Made by a program: the position numbers and the translations under genes. DNA of 64,000 nucleotides from Candidatus Gottesmanbacteria bacterium RIFCSPHIGHO2_01_FULL_40_15 (GTDB taxonomy: Bacteria > Patescibacteriota > Microgenomatia > 2-02-FULL-39-11). Below the pieces are notes generated by a model. That model did no database searches and had not been told where the DNA came from. It saw nothing but the letters and a program-made list of their open reading frames with translations. Shown here piece after piece: positions 9,811-19,492 of the stretch (positions within the stretch are counted from its first letter, which is position 1; the number at the start of each line of letters is the position of its first letter). The stretch spans positions 33,142-97,141 of the forward strand of contig MFJF01000012.1 in assembly GCA_001779115.1 (NCBI GenBank). The letters run 5' to 3'.

Positions 9811-10605
9811 ATGAATCAGAATATTAATCTGACATTAAATCCTAAGAAAGAATCTGAAAAAATAGTTAAGTTTATCAGAGAAAGCGTTAACAAAGCCGGT
9901 TTTTCCAAAGCGGTGATCGGGTTATCCGGCGGAATTGATTCGGCCACCTCACTGGTTTTAGCGGTTAAAGCACTTGGAAGTCAAAACGTAATCGGAGCAA
10001 TTCTTCCATACGGTGACTGGCAGAAAGAAGCGCTTGACGATATTTTTGAGTTAACCGGCAATGTGAAATTACCCGAGAGAAATTTAATTAAAACAGATAT
10101 AAAAGGGGCAGTTGATGAGATTGTCGATCTTGATTCTTCAATAAATGAATTGAGAAAAGGGAATATTATAGTGAGGGTAAGAATGATAATTTTGTATGAC
10201 TTATCAAAAAAATACGGGGCATTAGTAATGGGCACTGAAAACAAGACAGAGTTTTTGCTTGGGTATTTTACCAGGTTCGGAGATGAAGCTTCCGATTTGG
10301 AACCGATCAGAGGGCTTTATAAAACTCAAGTACGGCGGTTGGCCGAATATTTAAAAGTGCCAACAAAAATAATCCGGAAAGCGCCTTCCGCCGGAATGTG
10401 GCCGGGACAAACGGATGAAGGGGAAATGGGATTCACTTATGAGAAAGCCGACAGCATATTATATTTATTTACCGATAAAAAATTAAGCAAAAATGAAATA
10501 ATATCCCGGGGATTTGACAGTGCAGTTGTTGAAAAAGTTTTAAAGAGATTGGAAGATAATGAATTCAAACATCAAATACCCTACATTATTGAGATTGAAA
10601 AATAG
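9811..10605 (+). CDS. nadE: NH3-dependent NAD+ synthetase
   Basis: GLSGGIDS, GYFTRFGD and PSAGMWPGQTDE; no glutaminase domain. Confidence 0.95.
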   Translation: MNQNINLTLNPKKESEKIVKFIRESVNKAGFSKAVIGLSGGIDSATSLVLAVKALGSQNVIGAILPYGDWQKEALDDIFELTGNVKLPERNLIKTDIKGAVDEIVDLDSSINELRKGNIIVRVRMIILYDLSKKYGALVMGTENKTEFLLGYFTRFGDEASDLEPIRGLYKTQVRRLAEYLKVPTKIIRKAPSAGMWPGQTDEGEMGFTYEKADSILYLFTDKKLSKNEIISRGFDSAVVEKVLKRLEDNEFKHQIPYIIEIEK

Positions 10606-10629
10606 AAAAACATCTATTAATATTGATAT

Positions 10630-12018
10630 ATGGCAGTACAGCTGAATTACATTGCACCTCCCGGCTGGAAGCCGGAAAATCCCGACCAGAATTTTGTCAT
10701 TGTCCAATATAAGATTGAACTTAATGATTTTGTTGACAAGAGCAAGTTTTTGGATGCGGCAGCATCGGTGGCGGCTGAATCATCGACCGGTACATGGACA
10801 AAAGTCGATGAAGGAGCGGATTCGGGAATTTTAAAGGCTGATTTGTATAAAGCGCTGGTTTTTGACATCGATGAGCCGAATTTCATCTTTAAAGTGGCGT
10901 ATAAAAAAGATCTGTTTGAGGAGGATAACATGTCCGGATTTCTGGCCGGTCCGGCGGGAAACATCGGCGGGATGAAGATGGTATCCGGTCTTCGGATGTT
11001 TGATATCCGCTTTCCTGAAGCAATGGTGAAAGCATTCCCAGGTCCGCGATATGGAATTGAGGGCGTAAGGGATCTTTTGGAACAGGATGAAAAATACAGG
11101 AAGATGCCGATTATGGGAACGGTTCCCAAGCCCAAAGTAGGCAGAAACTCACATGAGCAGGCAGAACTGGCCAGGAGGCTTTGGACTGCAGGGGACGGCA
11201 GTTATGACTTTATCAAAGATGATGAAAATTTAACCAGCCTTTCATTTAATAAATTTGAGGACAGGGCAAGACTGATACATGAAGTTCAGAGGGAACTTGA
11301 GGAAAAAGGGGGTAAAAAGAAATTATATTTGTGCAACTTAACCCATTCCAGTCTGGATATCATGATAGAGAGAGCAAATTTGATTAAGGAAACAGGCGGA
11401 AGATGCATGATGATTGACGTGGTAACGACCGGTCCGGCGGCTGTTCATACGATGAGACTGAAGAATCCGGAGCTGGTCATTCATGCACACCGGGCGATGC
11501 ATGCTTTTATCACCAGAGAGTCGGGTGAGGGCATTACCGGGAAGGGGAAACTTCAGGGTTTTTCCGTTTCCATGCTGACACTTTCTAAAATATTCAGACT
11601 TTTGGGTGTTGATTCGATTCACACAGGATCTCCCAAGGCGAAAATGGAGGATTACGGGGAGAGCGAGGAGATAGCCAAAGTATTGACACAGGATGAAGTT
11701 TCCCCAAATCCCAAGTTCCACAGTTTGGGACAGCGATGGTTCGGGACAAAAAGAGTGTGGCCGACAGCTTCGGGCGGGCTTCATCCAGGTGTAATAGATA
11801 CAGTGATCGGAAAGCTTGGGTCAGATTGTTACATACAGATGGGCGGGGGAGTTTTAGGGCATCCCCAGGGCATTCAAAGAGGTGTTGAAGCAGCCATTGA
11901 AGCGAGAGAAGCAGTCTATGAGGGTAAAAGCGTGAAGGAGTATGTTTCGGAAAATCCTGATTCGGCACTTGCTGTTGCGGTCGGTCTTTGGGGAACAGAA
12001 CCGAAGATTGTGTATTAG
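10630..12018 (+). CDS. rbcL: RuBisCO large subunit, form III-like
   Basis: AAESSTGTW, AGN, KPKVG, DFIKDDE, HAHRAMH, HTGSPKAKME, ASGG and QMGGG. Catalytic positions look intact. No rbcS in the window. Confidence 0.9.
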   Translation: MAVQLNYIAPPGWKPENPDQNFVIVQYKIELNDFVDKSKFLDAAASVAAESSTGTWTKVDEGADSGILKADLYKALVFDIDEPNFIFKVAYKKDLFEEDNMSGFLAGPAGNIGGMKMVSGLRMFDIRFPEAMVKAFPGPRYGIEGVRDLLEQDEKYRKMPIMGTVPKPKVGRNSHEQAELARRLWTAGDGSYDFIKDDENLTSLSFNKFEDRARLIHEVQRELEEKGGKKKLYLCNLTHSSLDIMIERANLIKETGGRCMMIDVVTTGPAAVHTMRLKNPELVIHAHRAMHAFITRESGEGITGKGKLQGFSVSMLTLSKIFRLLGVDSIHTGSPKAKMEDYGESEEIAKVLTQDEVSPNPKFHSLGQRWFGTKRVWPTASGGLHPGVIDTVIGKLGSDCYIQMGGGVLGHPQGIQRGVEAAIEAREAVYEGKSVKEYVSENPDSALAVAVGLWGTEPKIVY

Positions 12019-12085
12019 TATTGAAATTTTAATAACAAACTAAATTCAATATCTTCAAATCAGAAATTCAGTAAATCTTAATAAT

Positions 12086-13231
12086 ATGCAGATTGAACAA
12101 GGTAATAAATTCCAAACAGAAGCAGATCAGTTTTCAGGGGATACGAAAGCAATTATGTTAATAACCCACACAGAACCAGTAAATGGAACAATAACTGCAT
12201 CTATGAAGAATACTGAGAAATCTAATACCTTATTAATTCCGGATAATATTCTTGTTACCGGAGGAGCCGGTTATATAGGCAGCATAGTAGTTGAGCAGTT
12301 GGCAAATGCGGGTAAGAAAGTTGTAGTTATTGACAACCTTTCAAACGGACACAGGGAAGCGATCATTCATCCTAATGTTGAGATGATTATGGCCGATATT
12401 TCAGATAAAGAGTTGTTGAAAAAAATAATGATAGAAAAAGGAACAGAAGCAGTGATGCATTTTGCCGCATTTATTGAAGCAGGCGAGAGCATGAAGAAGC
12501 CTGAAAAGTATTTCCGAAATAATACGGCGGGAAGTTTAAGTTTACTGGAAGCAATGAAAGAGACTGATGTAAGCACTATCGTATTTTCTTCAACAGCAGC
12601 GGTTTACGGCAATCCCCAACTGACACCCATTACTGAGGATATGCCATTAATGCCTATAAATGTATATGGAGAGTCAAAATTAATGGTGGAGAGATTATTG
12701 TCATGGTTTAATGAAATATACGGATTGAAATACGCAGCATTGAGATACTTTAATGCCTGCGGAGCAACCGAAAAATTAGGAGAAAGGCATCAGCCTGAAA
12801 CTCACCTAATTCCGCTGGCTATTGAGGCGGTGTTGGGTCAAAGACCGAAACTATTTCTTTACGGAACTGATTATCCTACACATGACGGGACCTGTATAAG
12901 AGACTATATTCATGTTTCCGATTTAGCTTCGGCTCATCTACTGGCACTGGAAAAGTTAAATCAGAGCAACGGGAGGCTTATTTATAATTTGGGCAACCAA
13001 ACCGGCTTTTCCAATCGAGAAGTTATAGATGCTGTAAGTAATATTGTCGGTAAGAAAGTGCCTATTGAAGAAACAGAAAGGAGACCGGGTGATCCGCCAA
13101 TCCTTATTGCCAGTTCGGAAAAGATTAAAAAAGAATTAGGGTGGAAACCGGCATATACAAGTCTTGAAGATATAATTCAATCCGCATATTTATGGAGGAT
13201 AAACCATCCCCATGGATATACCTCTGAATAA
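12086..13231 (+). CDS. galE: UDP-glucose 4-epimerase (true start may be near 12203)
   Basis: GGAGYIGS, HFAA, FSSTAAVYG, YGESK, LRYFN and DGTCIRDYIHV. Confidence 0.93.
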   Translation: MQIEQGNKFQTEADQFSGDTKAIMLITHTEPVNGTITASMKNTEKSNTLLIPDNILVTGGAGYIGSIVVEQLANAGKKVVVIDNLSNGHREAIIHPNVEMIMADISDKELLKKIMIEKGTEAVMHFAAFIEAGESMKKPEKYFRNNTAGSLSLLEAMKETDVSTIVFSSTAAVYGNPQLTPITEDMPLMPINVYGESKLMVERLLSWFNEIYGLKYAALRYFNACGATEKLGERHQPETHLIPLAIEAVLGQRPKLFLYGTDYPTHDGTCIRDYIHVSDLASAHLLALEKLNQSNGRLIYNLGNQTGFSNREVIDAVSNIVGKKVPIEETERRPGDPPILIASSEKIKKELGWKPAYTSLEDIIQSAYLWRINHPHGYTSE

Positions 13232-13264
13232 TTTCCGGAAGTCATACTGTTATAATTATCAGTC

Positions 13265-14065
13265 ATGGAGAATAACGAAAAACTGGTAAAATCGGCACGA
13301 AATTTTCTTCTGGACCTTCTTCCATCGGCCGGACAAATTGTCAGGAGATATCTGCATGCGGAAGAGTTACCCAGCAAGAAAAAAGGCGTGCATGATTTTG
13401 TTACGGCAGCAGATCTGGCTGTTGATAAATTTTTACAGGAACATTTGAATTATAATTTTTCAAAAATACCCATACTTTCGGAAGAAACTTTCGAGGACAA
13501 CTTGGAGGATTATAAAAATATGAATCTGCTTTTTATTATAGATCCGCTTGACGGAACATCCAATTTTGCCCGGGGCGATGATAACTTCTGTATCAGTGTA
13601 GCCTTAGCAGAAAGAGGCGAACCGCTTTTGGGGGTGATATTCCAGCCAATTTCCAGCCGGCTTTTTTGGACTACTTACCGGGATCAAAAAGCATTTTGGA
13701 ACGGCCGGAGTATAAGAGTTTCCGATATATCAGAACTAAATAAGGCTGTTGTCTGTACTGACTGGTCACATATCATGGAAACAAGAGAGGAGACAACGCA
13801 ATTTTTAAGAAAAATATTCGGAAAAGTAAGACAGATAAAAATTTTGGGTAGCGCGGCATCAGATATAACTTTATTGGCAAGGGGAGGAGTTGATATATAC
13901 CACCATGTTAGACTTTTTCCCTGGGATGTGGCGGCAGCGGGACTTATAGCCCAAAAAGCAGGAGCTTTAGTTACTGAAATTGACGGAAGCAAGTGGAACG
14001 TGTTTTCGGAAAGCATTCTGGCGGCAAACCCGGAGTTGCATAAGAAAACATTGAAGATCTTATGA
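13265..14065 (+). CDS. Inositol monophosphatase family phosphatase (SuhB or IMPase-FBPase-like)
   Basis: SEE, IDPLDGTSNF and PWDVAA. Confidence 0.9.
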   Translation: MENNEKLVKSARNFLLDLLPSAGQIVRRYLHAEELPSKKKGVHDFVTAADLAVDKFLQEHLNYNFSKIPILSEETFEDNLEDYKNMNLLFIIDPLDGTSNFARGDDNFCISVALAERGEPLLGVIFQPISSRLFWTTYRDQKAFWNGRSIRVSDISELNKAVVCTDWSHIMETREETTQFLRKIFGKVRQIKILGSAASDITLLARGGVDIYHHVRLFPWDVAAAGLIAQKAGALVTEIDGSKWNVFSESILAANPELHKKTLKIL

Positions 14066-15076
14066 TTTTATATACTTTCTTAATTCTGAAGCAGCTTGTT
14101 CCGGAGTAATATCCCTTTGGGGTTGAGCCAGCATTTCATATCCGACCATAAATTTTTTTACCGTTGCAGAACGAAGCAAGGGCGGATAATAATGAGCATG
14201 AAGCTGCCAATACCCATTATTTTTAACATTAAAAGGGGCAAAATGCCAACCCATAGAGTAGGGCATGGATATATTAAACAAGCGATCATAGGAAAGTAAA
14301 AGATTTTTTGTTATTTCCGCTAACTCTCTTTTTTCCTCAGCAGATATTAAAGTAAATTGGCTCCGATTAGTTTTCGGAAGAAGAAGAGTTTCGTAAGGCC
14401 AAATTGCCCAGAACGGAACAACAACTATCCAAGAATAATTTTCAGTCACAACCCGCTCTTTTTTATCCAGTTCCTTTTTTACATAGTCCACTAGAAGGAC
14501 TGAATCATTTTTTTCAAAATATTTTTTCTGCTGAATATCTTCTTTTGAAACTTCATTGGGAATAAAATTACTTGCCCAGATTTGACAATGCGGATGAGGA
14601 TTGGAACAACCCATAAGCTCTCCTTTATTTTCGAAGATCTGTACCCAATTATATTTATGTTTAAATTCCTCTATTTGACTGATCCAGGTCAATATCACAT
14701 CCTGAATTTGATCATCAGTCATTTCGGAGAGGGTCAGATCATGACGGGGTGAAAAGCAGACTACCCGGCATTCTCCTTTTATCGCGGCAGCTTGCAATAT
14801 GCCTGAATTATTAATTATTGATTCTTTTTGTCCGGTATCGACAATCGGAGGAAAATCATTTCGGAAGACAAAAGTGTTTTTATAGCGGGGATTTTTTTCT
14901 CTATTGGCTCTTATATTTCCGGGGCACATATAACAAGAAGGATCGTATATCAGTTTTTTTTCTTTTTGAATTTTTTCATACTTGCCCTGCCAGGGTCGTT
15001 TTGTCCTTTGGGGAGAGACAAGAACCCACTCGTTAATCAAAGGATTATAGCGCCGGTGGGGTTGGGATAGAAACAT
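14060..15076 (-). CDS. galT: Galactose-1-phosphate uridylyltransferase
   Basis: HRRYNPL, RPWQG, FENKG, GCSNPHPHCQIW and KKFMVGYEML. Start placed at MFLSQPHRR. Confidence 0.95.
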   Translation of the reverse strand: MFLSQPHRRYNPLINEWVLVSPQRTKRPWQGKYEKIQKEKKLIYDPSCYMCPGNIRANREKNPRYKNTFVFRNDFPPIVDTGQKESIINNSGILQAAAIKGECRVVCFSPRHDLTLSEMTDDQIQDVILTWISQIEEFKHKYNWVQIFENKGELMGCSNPHPHCQIWASNFIPNEVSKEDIQQKKYFEKNDSVLLVDYVKKELDKKERVVTENYSWIVVVPFWAIWPYETLLLPKTNRSQFTLISAEEKRELAEITKNLLLSYDRLFNISMPYSMGWHFAPFNVKNNGYWQLHAHYYPPLLRSATVKKFMVGYEMLAQPQRDITPEQAASELRKYIKS

Positions 15077-15143
15077 AAGGTAATTGTATACTATTACGGA
15101 TTTCAATAAAGAATTTGAAAATTAAGTTTAGATTAAAGAGTAT

Positions 15144-16376
15144 TTATTTATTAGGAATTATTTTGAAAAGCTCTGTCCAGAAGTTATTATTTTTCCAAAA
15201 ATCTTCAAAAACTTGGGTGGTTTTTTGGGATATGTTTTGAAAATTTTGTTTATCATTAACATAATGTTGCAGTTTGTCCATATAATTAGGATCATCATAT
15301 GGGATTTGGAAACAGATACCCATTTTTTCTGCCTGTTGAGCGGCATTATCTTCATCCATGTAATTTCGGGGAACTACAGAAGTAATTGCAGGTTCACCAA
15401 TTAATGACAAATCTGCCTGATTGTCGCAGTTGGTGGCACGACAGATATTGACATCAGCAGCTTTTTTAATTAAAGGATCAAGAGTGAGGTCCAGACCGTT
15501 GGCGGCAATTGTTTTTACTTTTTTACACATTTTAGTGATCGGATCAGAAATAAATTTAGTTTTTTGCTGCATTAAATATAGAAGAACTTTTCCCGGATAA
15601 TTAGTTTCAAAGGCAGCTATTAGTTTAAAAAGGAAGAAAAGAGATGGCTCAATTTCATTTTGGGCCATATAATCCGCCATTTGATGACCCCAGGGATCGG
15701 TATATCCTATGTTATTCGGACCGAAATTAAACGGATCAATATAAGCATCTGACAAATTCAGATAAACCATCAAATCATATTCGTGATCTTCGATATCGGG
15801 ATATTTTTCGGCAATAATTTTACGAAAATACTCCTTAGGTTTATTTCTCACTTTTCTCATCTCCTTAACTCTTTTGTAAGGATACGGTTGGGTGACGACC
15901 TTAATATTTGGAAGTATTTCGTTTTTGGGGGCTTTCCAGTTAAACCACGTAGTCATCAAGAATAACTTTGAATTGGCGTAAACTTCTTTTATAAACGGAG
16001 CAGGGTAACTGTCATAGTGGATAGGTATGCCTCCGTCTACCATAATATATGGAGTTTTTCTTTTATAAGCTACATACGGCCAATATGTACGCCAGCCCAT
16101 AGAAACCATAATGTCAAATTTGACATCTTTTAATCCCTGTTCACATTTACGGTAAATTTCTTCTTTGCTATCAAAAGGATTTAAATTAATGGTAATATCA
16201 GTTTTAAGACGGAGCTCATTAAGCTTATACTTATACATGCTGTTTGTGGCAACTATGACAGGAAAGCCACGAGCAGTCATCTCATCATAAAACCAGGAAC
16301 ACATTTTAGAACCTCCCCGACCGTCTACGAAACCGGAAGCTAAGAGTACCGTAGGTTTATTCATCAATTTATACAA
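15144..16376 (-). CDS. Divergent GT-B-fold glycosyltransferase-like protein
   Basis: C-terminal AADVNICRA...GEPAI resembles the MurG/GT28 donor-binding segment; collinear motifs shared with the neighbouring 538-aa ORF. Confidence 0.55.
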   Translation of the reverse strand: MYKLMNKPTVLLASGFVDGRGGSKMCSWFYDEMTARGFPVIVATNSMYKYKLNELRLKTDITINLNPFDSKEEIYRKCEQGLKDVKFDIMVSMGWRTYWPYVAYKRKTPYIMVDGGIPIHYDSYPAPFIKEVYANSKLFLMTTWFNWKAPKNEILPNIKVVTQPYPYKRVKEMRKVRNKPKEYFRKIIAEKYPDIEDHEYDLMVYLNLSDAYIDPFNFGPNNIGYTDPWGHQMADYMAQNEIEPSLFFLFKLIAAFETNYPGKVLLYLMQQKTKFISDPITKMCKKVKTIAANGLDLTLDPLIKKAADVNICRATNCDNQADLSLIGEPAITSVVPRNYMDEDNAAQQAEKMGICFQIPYDDPNYMDKLQHYVNDKQNFQNISQKTTQVFEDFWKNNNFWTELFKIIPNK

Positions 16377-16464
16377 TATCTGTTAAACAATCAATCATAC
16401 ATTATCATACGAAAATTGGTTTTGTCAATTCAATAATAAGTGATTTTTTGACTTCAACAATGAT

Positions 16465-18081
16465 TTATTTTGAGTGATTACTTTTGAAGACTGTATTTTC
16501 ATTAGGAAAGCCGGGAATGGGAATTCCAGAAATGTGTCCGACAACAGAAAAGAAATTAGTTCCCGGATTCATATGTTCCTGAAGGAAATAAGTATCGGCA
16601 AGGTCAACAAGAGATGCTGACTCACCGGGATCATTGATAATTCCGGTGATCCGATCGGCCAGTTTTTCAGGAGATACACCGACTTCATATTGACGAAGGC
16701 CTCTAATATACGCACCTTTATCCATTTTTTGAGTATCCATATATCCATTACCTGGCATTGTAAGAATAATTTGGGGAACACCAGCTATTACACCTTCAGC
16801 AGATGTATTTGCCTGAGTAGTGCGATGAATGCTTACATCAGCAGCCCTGTGATACAATCCGTATTCCGATTGAGGGAAACGGGGAGCCCGTACAAGTAAT
16901 ACTTTTCCAGAATTTTTATGATCACCTAATTCTTCAACGTAAGGAATTCTTAATGAGTTTATATAATTAACAAAATTCTCCACACCGGATAGTATGATCG
17001 GTCTTTTTACCTTATCTGAAGTTAATAAAAGAGAATTTACCAGAGTACGACTACCAGTAATAACATCATTAAATTGATCTTCAGTCATCCACTTGCCGAT
17101 ACTATCAGGATTGAAATATCCAGAACTGGCAATTAAAGGAATAAAGACAGCATCTTCTGTTAATAAACCTTGAGCAAATTGAGGATTTTTCGATGCTGTG
17201 AGTGCGATTAATTTTTCTCGTGCTTCTTCTTTACTGACCTGTCTCCATTGTTGCCATCTCCTGATATATTCCGGTGTAAAGGGGAATGAACTAGATGCAC
17301 TTAATGTACCTTTAGGCGCTCTATTTCTTACCCATTTGATATTAAAATCAAGCCAATTATTGGTTATAAGCCAAACTTCAAGATTTTCATCACTTTCATA
17401 ACTTTTGGGATAAAACCGATCGATCGGATGACCATTTATTTTATCTAATATCTCACTCGGTTTATCCGTATCAGGAAGTGAACTGTCTTGTATTATTAGC
17501 TTGGCATTAATATTAAAGCCATTTTTATTAGCAATTACCAATGCTTCTTTAAAACCATAAGGAACAAATCCTGTATATCCTGTGCTGACAGCAATAATTT
17601 TTTTTACTCCTTTTTGACCTAATATATTGACAGTTTCAATTAATCCGTTTGTAACGTCATCGTATTTTTCTTGAATAGAAGCAGAATTTGAGGGTATGGA
17701 TGTTAGTTGATCAGGCAGCGAGCCTGTCCAATCACTTTCAGCAATATCAGATCCGTTATAATCCGGTCCTACGTAGTAAATTGGTTTACCTAAATATTGA
17801 GCGATTCTTTTAAGACCCTCAGAAGCTTGAAGTGCCTGAGTAGTTGGACCGTCACCAGCAACGCTTGAAGCATTTATATAGAGAAAAACATCAGGTGGTT
17901 CACCGCTAAAACCCGATTCAACCCTGCCTATACGAAAATCAGAAGGACGAATTACAGTAGGCTTGTCTTTTGAGAGTGTAATATATTCAAAATTTTGCGG
18001 AACCGGTTTCGGTATTAATTCCCCTTTTTGACCAATAAGTTGAGGTGTGATAGAGATATCTTCTTTTCCAGCTAATTTCAT
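16465..18081 (-). CDS. Divergent GT-B-fold glycosyltransferase-like protein (paralogue of the neighbouring ORF)
   Basis: AADVSIHRT...AEGVIAGVPQIIL...YMD; collinear motifs shared with 15144..16376. Confidence 0.55.
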   Translation of the reverse strand: MKLAGKEDISITPQLIGQKGELIPKPVPQNFEYITLSKDKPTVIRPSDFRIGRVESGFSGEPPDVFLYINASSVAGDGPTTQALQASEGLKRIAQYLGKPIYYVGPDYNGSDIAESDWTGSLPDQLTSIPSNSASIQEKYDDVTNGLIETVNILGQKGVKKIIAVSTGYTGFVPYGFKEALVIANKNGFNINAKLIIQDSSLPDTDKPSEILDKINGHPIDRFYPKSYESDENLEVWLITNNWLDFNIKWVRNRAPKGTLSASSSFPFTPEYIRRWQQWRQVSKEEAREKLIALTASKNPQFAQGLLTEDAVFIPLIASSGYFNPDSIGKWMTEDQFNDVITGSRTLVNSLLLTSDKVKRPIILSGVENFVNYINSLRIPYVEELGDHKNSGKVLLVRAPRFPQSEYGLYHRAADVSIHRTTQANTSAEGVIAGVPQIILTMPGNGYMDTQKMDKGAYIRGLRQYEVGVSPEKLADRITGIINDPGESASLVDLADTYFLQEHMNPGTNFFSVVGHISGIPIPGFPNENTVFKSNHSK

Positions 18082-18184
18082 ATTTAAACAGGTTTATTAT
18101 CCCAGCTTATAATGAAATAATAAAAAGCATGGTTTTATCCACGCTTAATTATCATACTTTATCATACTATGTATAATAATGTCA

Positions 18185-19432
18185 ATGAAGGGAAAAAAGT
18201 TTAGCCAGCATACTTCTAATAGTTTTTTTGAAACTAAAATGGATTTCCTAATTCCAATTATTCCCAATAATAAATTAGAAATATTTTCAAAAATATTCAG
18301 AAATGAAATAATCGCTGCTTTACATAACCAACCTACATCGTTACCAGTTATTTTGAACCCGATACATAAAATGATATCAAGACCCGGTTTAGGTGTTGCA
18401 GTTTCAGTCGGTGGTACGAACGGTTATGCATCAGCTTTCAGAATCACACAAAAAGGGATAATTACATTTATAAACCGAAAAAAATTCTCCATTCCGAAAA
18501 TAATTGATAAAAACAAGTTATTTCATCTTATTTCTGAAAACATTCTGTCAGTTATCGGTAAAGAAAAAAATTTCACCATTGGCATCGGTTTAGCATATCC
18601 TCTGAAGCCGCATTTATATCAGGGTTTTATTGACGGTGAACTGCTTTATATGACTAAAGGAAGAAACATTAAAAATCTGGCAGGTAAAAGAGTCGGACAG
18701 GAATTCCATAAATTTATACTCAAAGAGTACAACTTGGATAATAAGGTAGCTGTAGCTAATGATGTAATTTGCCTTTTATTAGGAGGTGAAAATATTGAAA
18801 TTGCCGGTATAGTCGGTACAGGATTAAATTTTGCATATTGGGAAAAGCGGGCAAATATTGCTCCTTTGAAACTTAATCATCTTCCCGGATTCGGTCAGAG
18901 GGAGGTGGCGGTTAATATCGAATCCCAAAATTTTAATAAACTGCCTGAAACTAAATTAAGAAGAACAGTTGATAAGTATAGCAGTGATCCCGGAAAGTCT
19001 TTGGCTGAGAAAGAAGCTGCCGGGGCATATTTATACCAGATTTTTAATGCGGGAAAGGATAAATTATTGGGTACTGACTTTCCGAAACTGACTTCAACTG
19101 ACCAGTTGAACGACATTATAAGAGGAGCCTTTAGGAATGAAAATCCAAATTTTAAAATCCAAATTCCAAAAGCTAGAGCATTTGCGGAAAGAATACTTCA
19201 CCGGAGTGCGCAGATTACGGCGATAGAACTTTGCGGAATCATGATGAAACTGGGCAAAACTAAAGGTGCAGTGCCTGTTGTGATGGAGGGCGGAATTTTT
19301 TGGAAAGCGCATAATTATCATGCCCTGGTTAACCTTTATGTAAACATGATTCTTCCCGAGGTAATTCCATCATTTGCCCGACTGTTCGGATCTTCAAGAA
19401 GAGGTATTGCCATTTTGGCAAGAGGAATGTGA
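18185..19432 (+). CDS. Hexokinase-family protein (eukaryote-type hexokinase fold)
   Basis: VGGTN, GLAYP, TKG, ANDV, GIVGTGLN, NIE and EKEAAGAYL. The ATG at 18185 is 7 nt after TATAAT; alternative starts at 18179 and 18239. Confidence 0.8.
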   Translation: MKGKKFSQHTSNSFFETKMDFLIPIIPNNKLEIFSKIFRNEIIAALHNQPTSLPVILNPIHKMISRPGLGVAVSVGGTNGYASAFRITQKGIITFINRKKFSIPKIIDKNKLFHLISENILSVIGKEKNFTIGIGLAYPLKPHLYQGFIDGELLYMTKGRNIKNLAGKRVGQEFHKFILKEYNLDNKVAVANDVICLLLGGENIEIAGIVGTGLNFAYWEKRANIAPLKLNHLPGFGQREVAVNIESQNFNKLPETKLRRTVDKYSSDPGKSLAEKEAAGAYLYQIFNAGKDKLLGTDFPKLTSTDQLNDIIRGAFRNENPNFKIQIPKARAFAERILHRSAQITAIELCGIMMKLGKTKGAVPVVMEGGIFWKAHNYHALVNLYVNMILPEVIPSFARLFGSSRRGIAILARGM

Positions 19433-19492
19433 TAGGCCAACCAGCGGATTGGGTTGACCATACAACCTTTTTCCCCGTAATATAGATATAGC

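Noticed and set aside
10630..14065. Calvin-cycle autotrophy from rbcL plus an FBPase-like gene
   Set aside because: No prk, rbcS, transketolase or other cycle genes in the window, and the enzyme is not form I/II-like.
18135..18143. Lone DnaA-box-like TTATCCACG
   Set aside because: Single site with one mismatch, far from the origin cluster; expected by chance.
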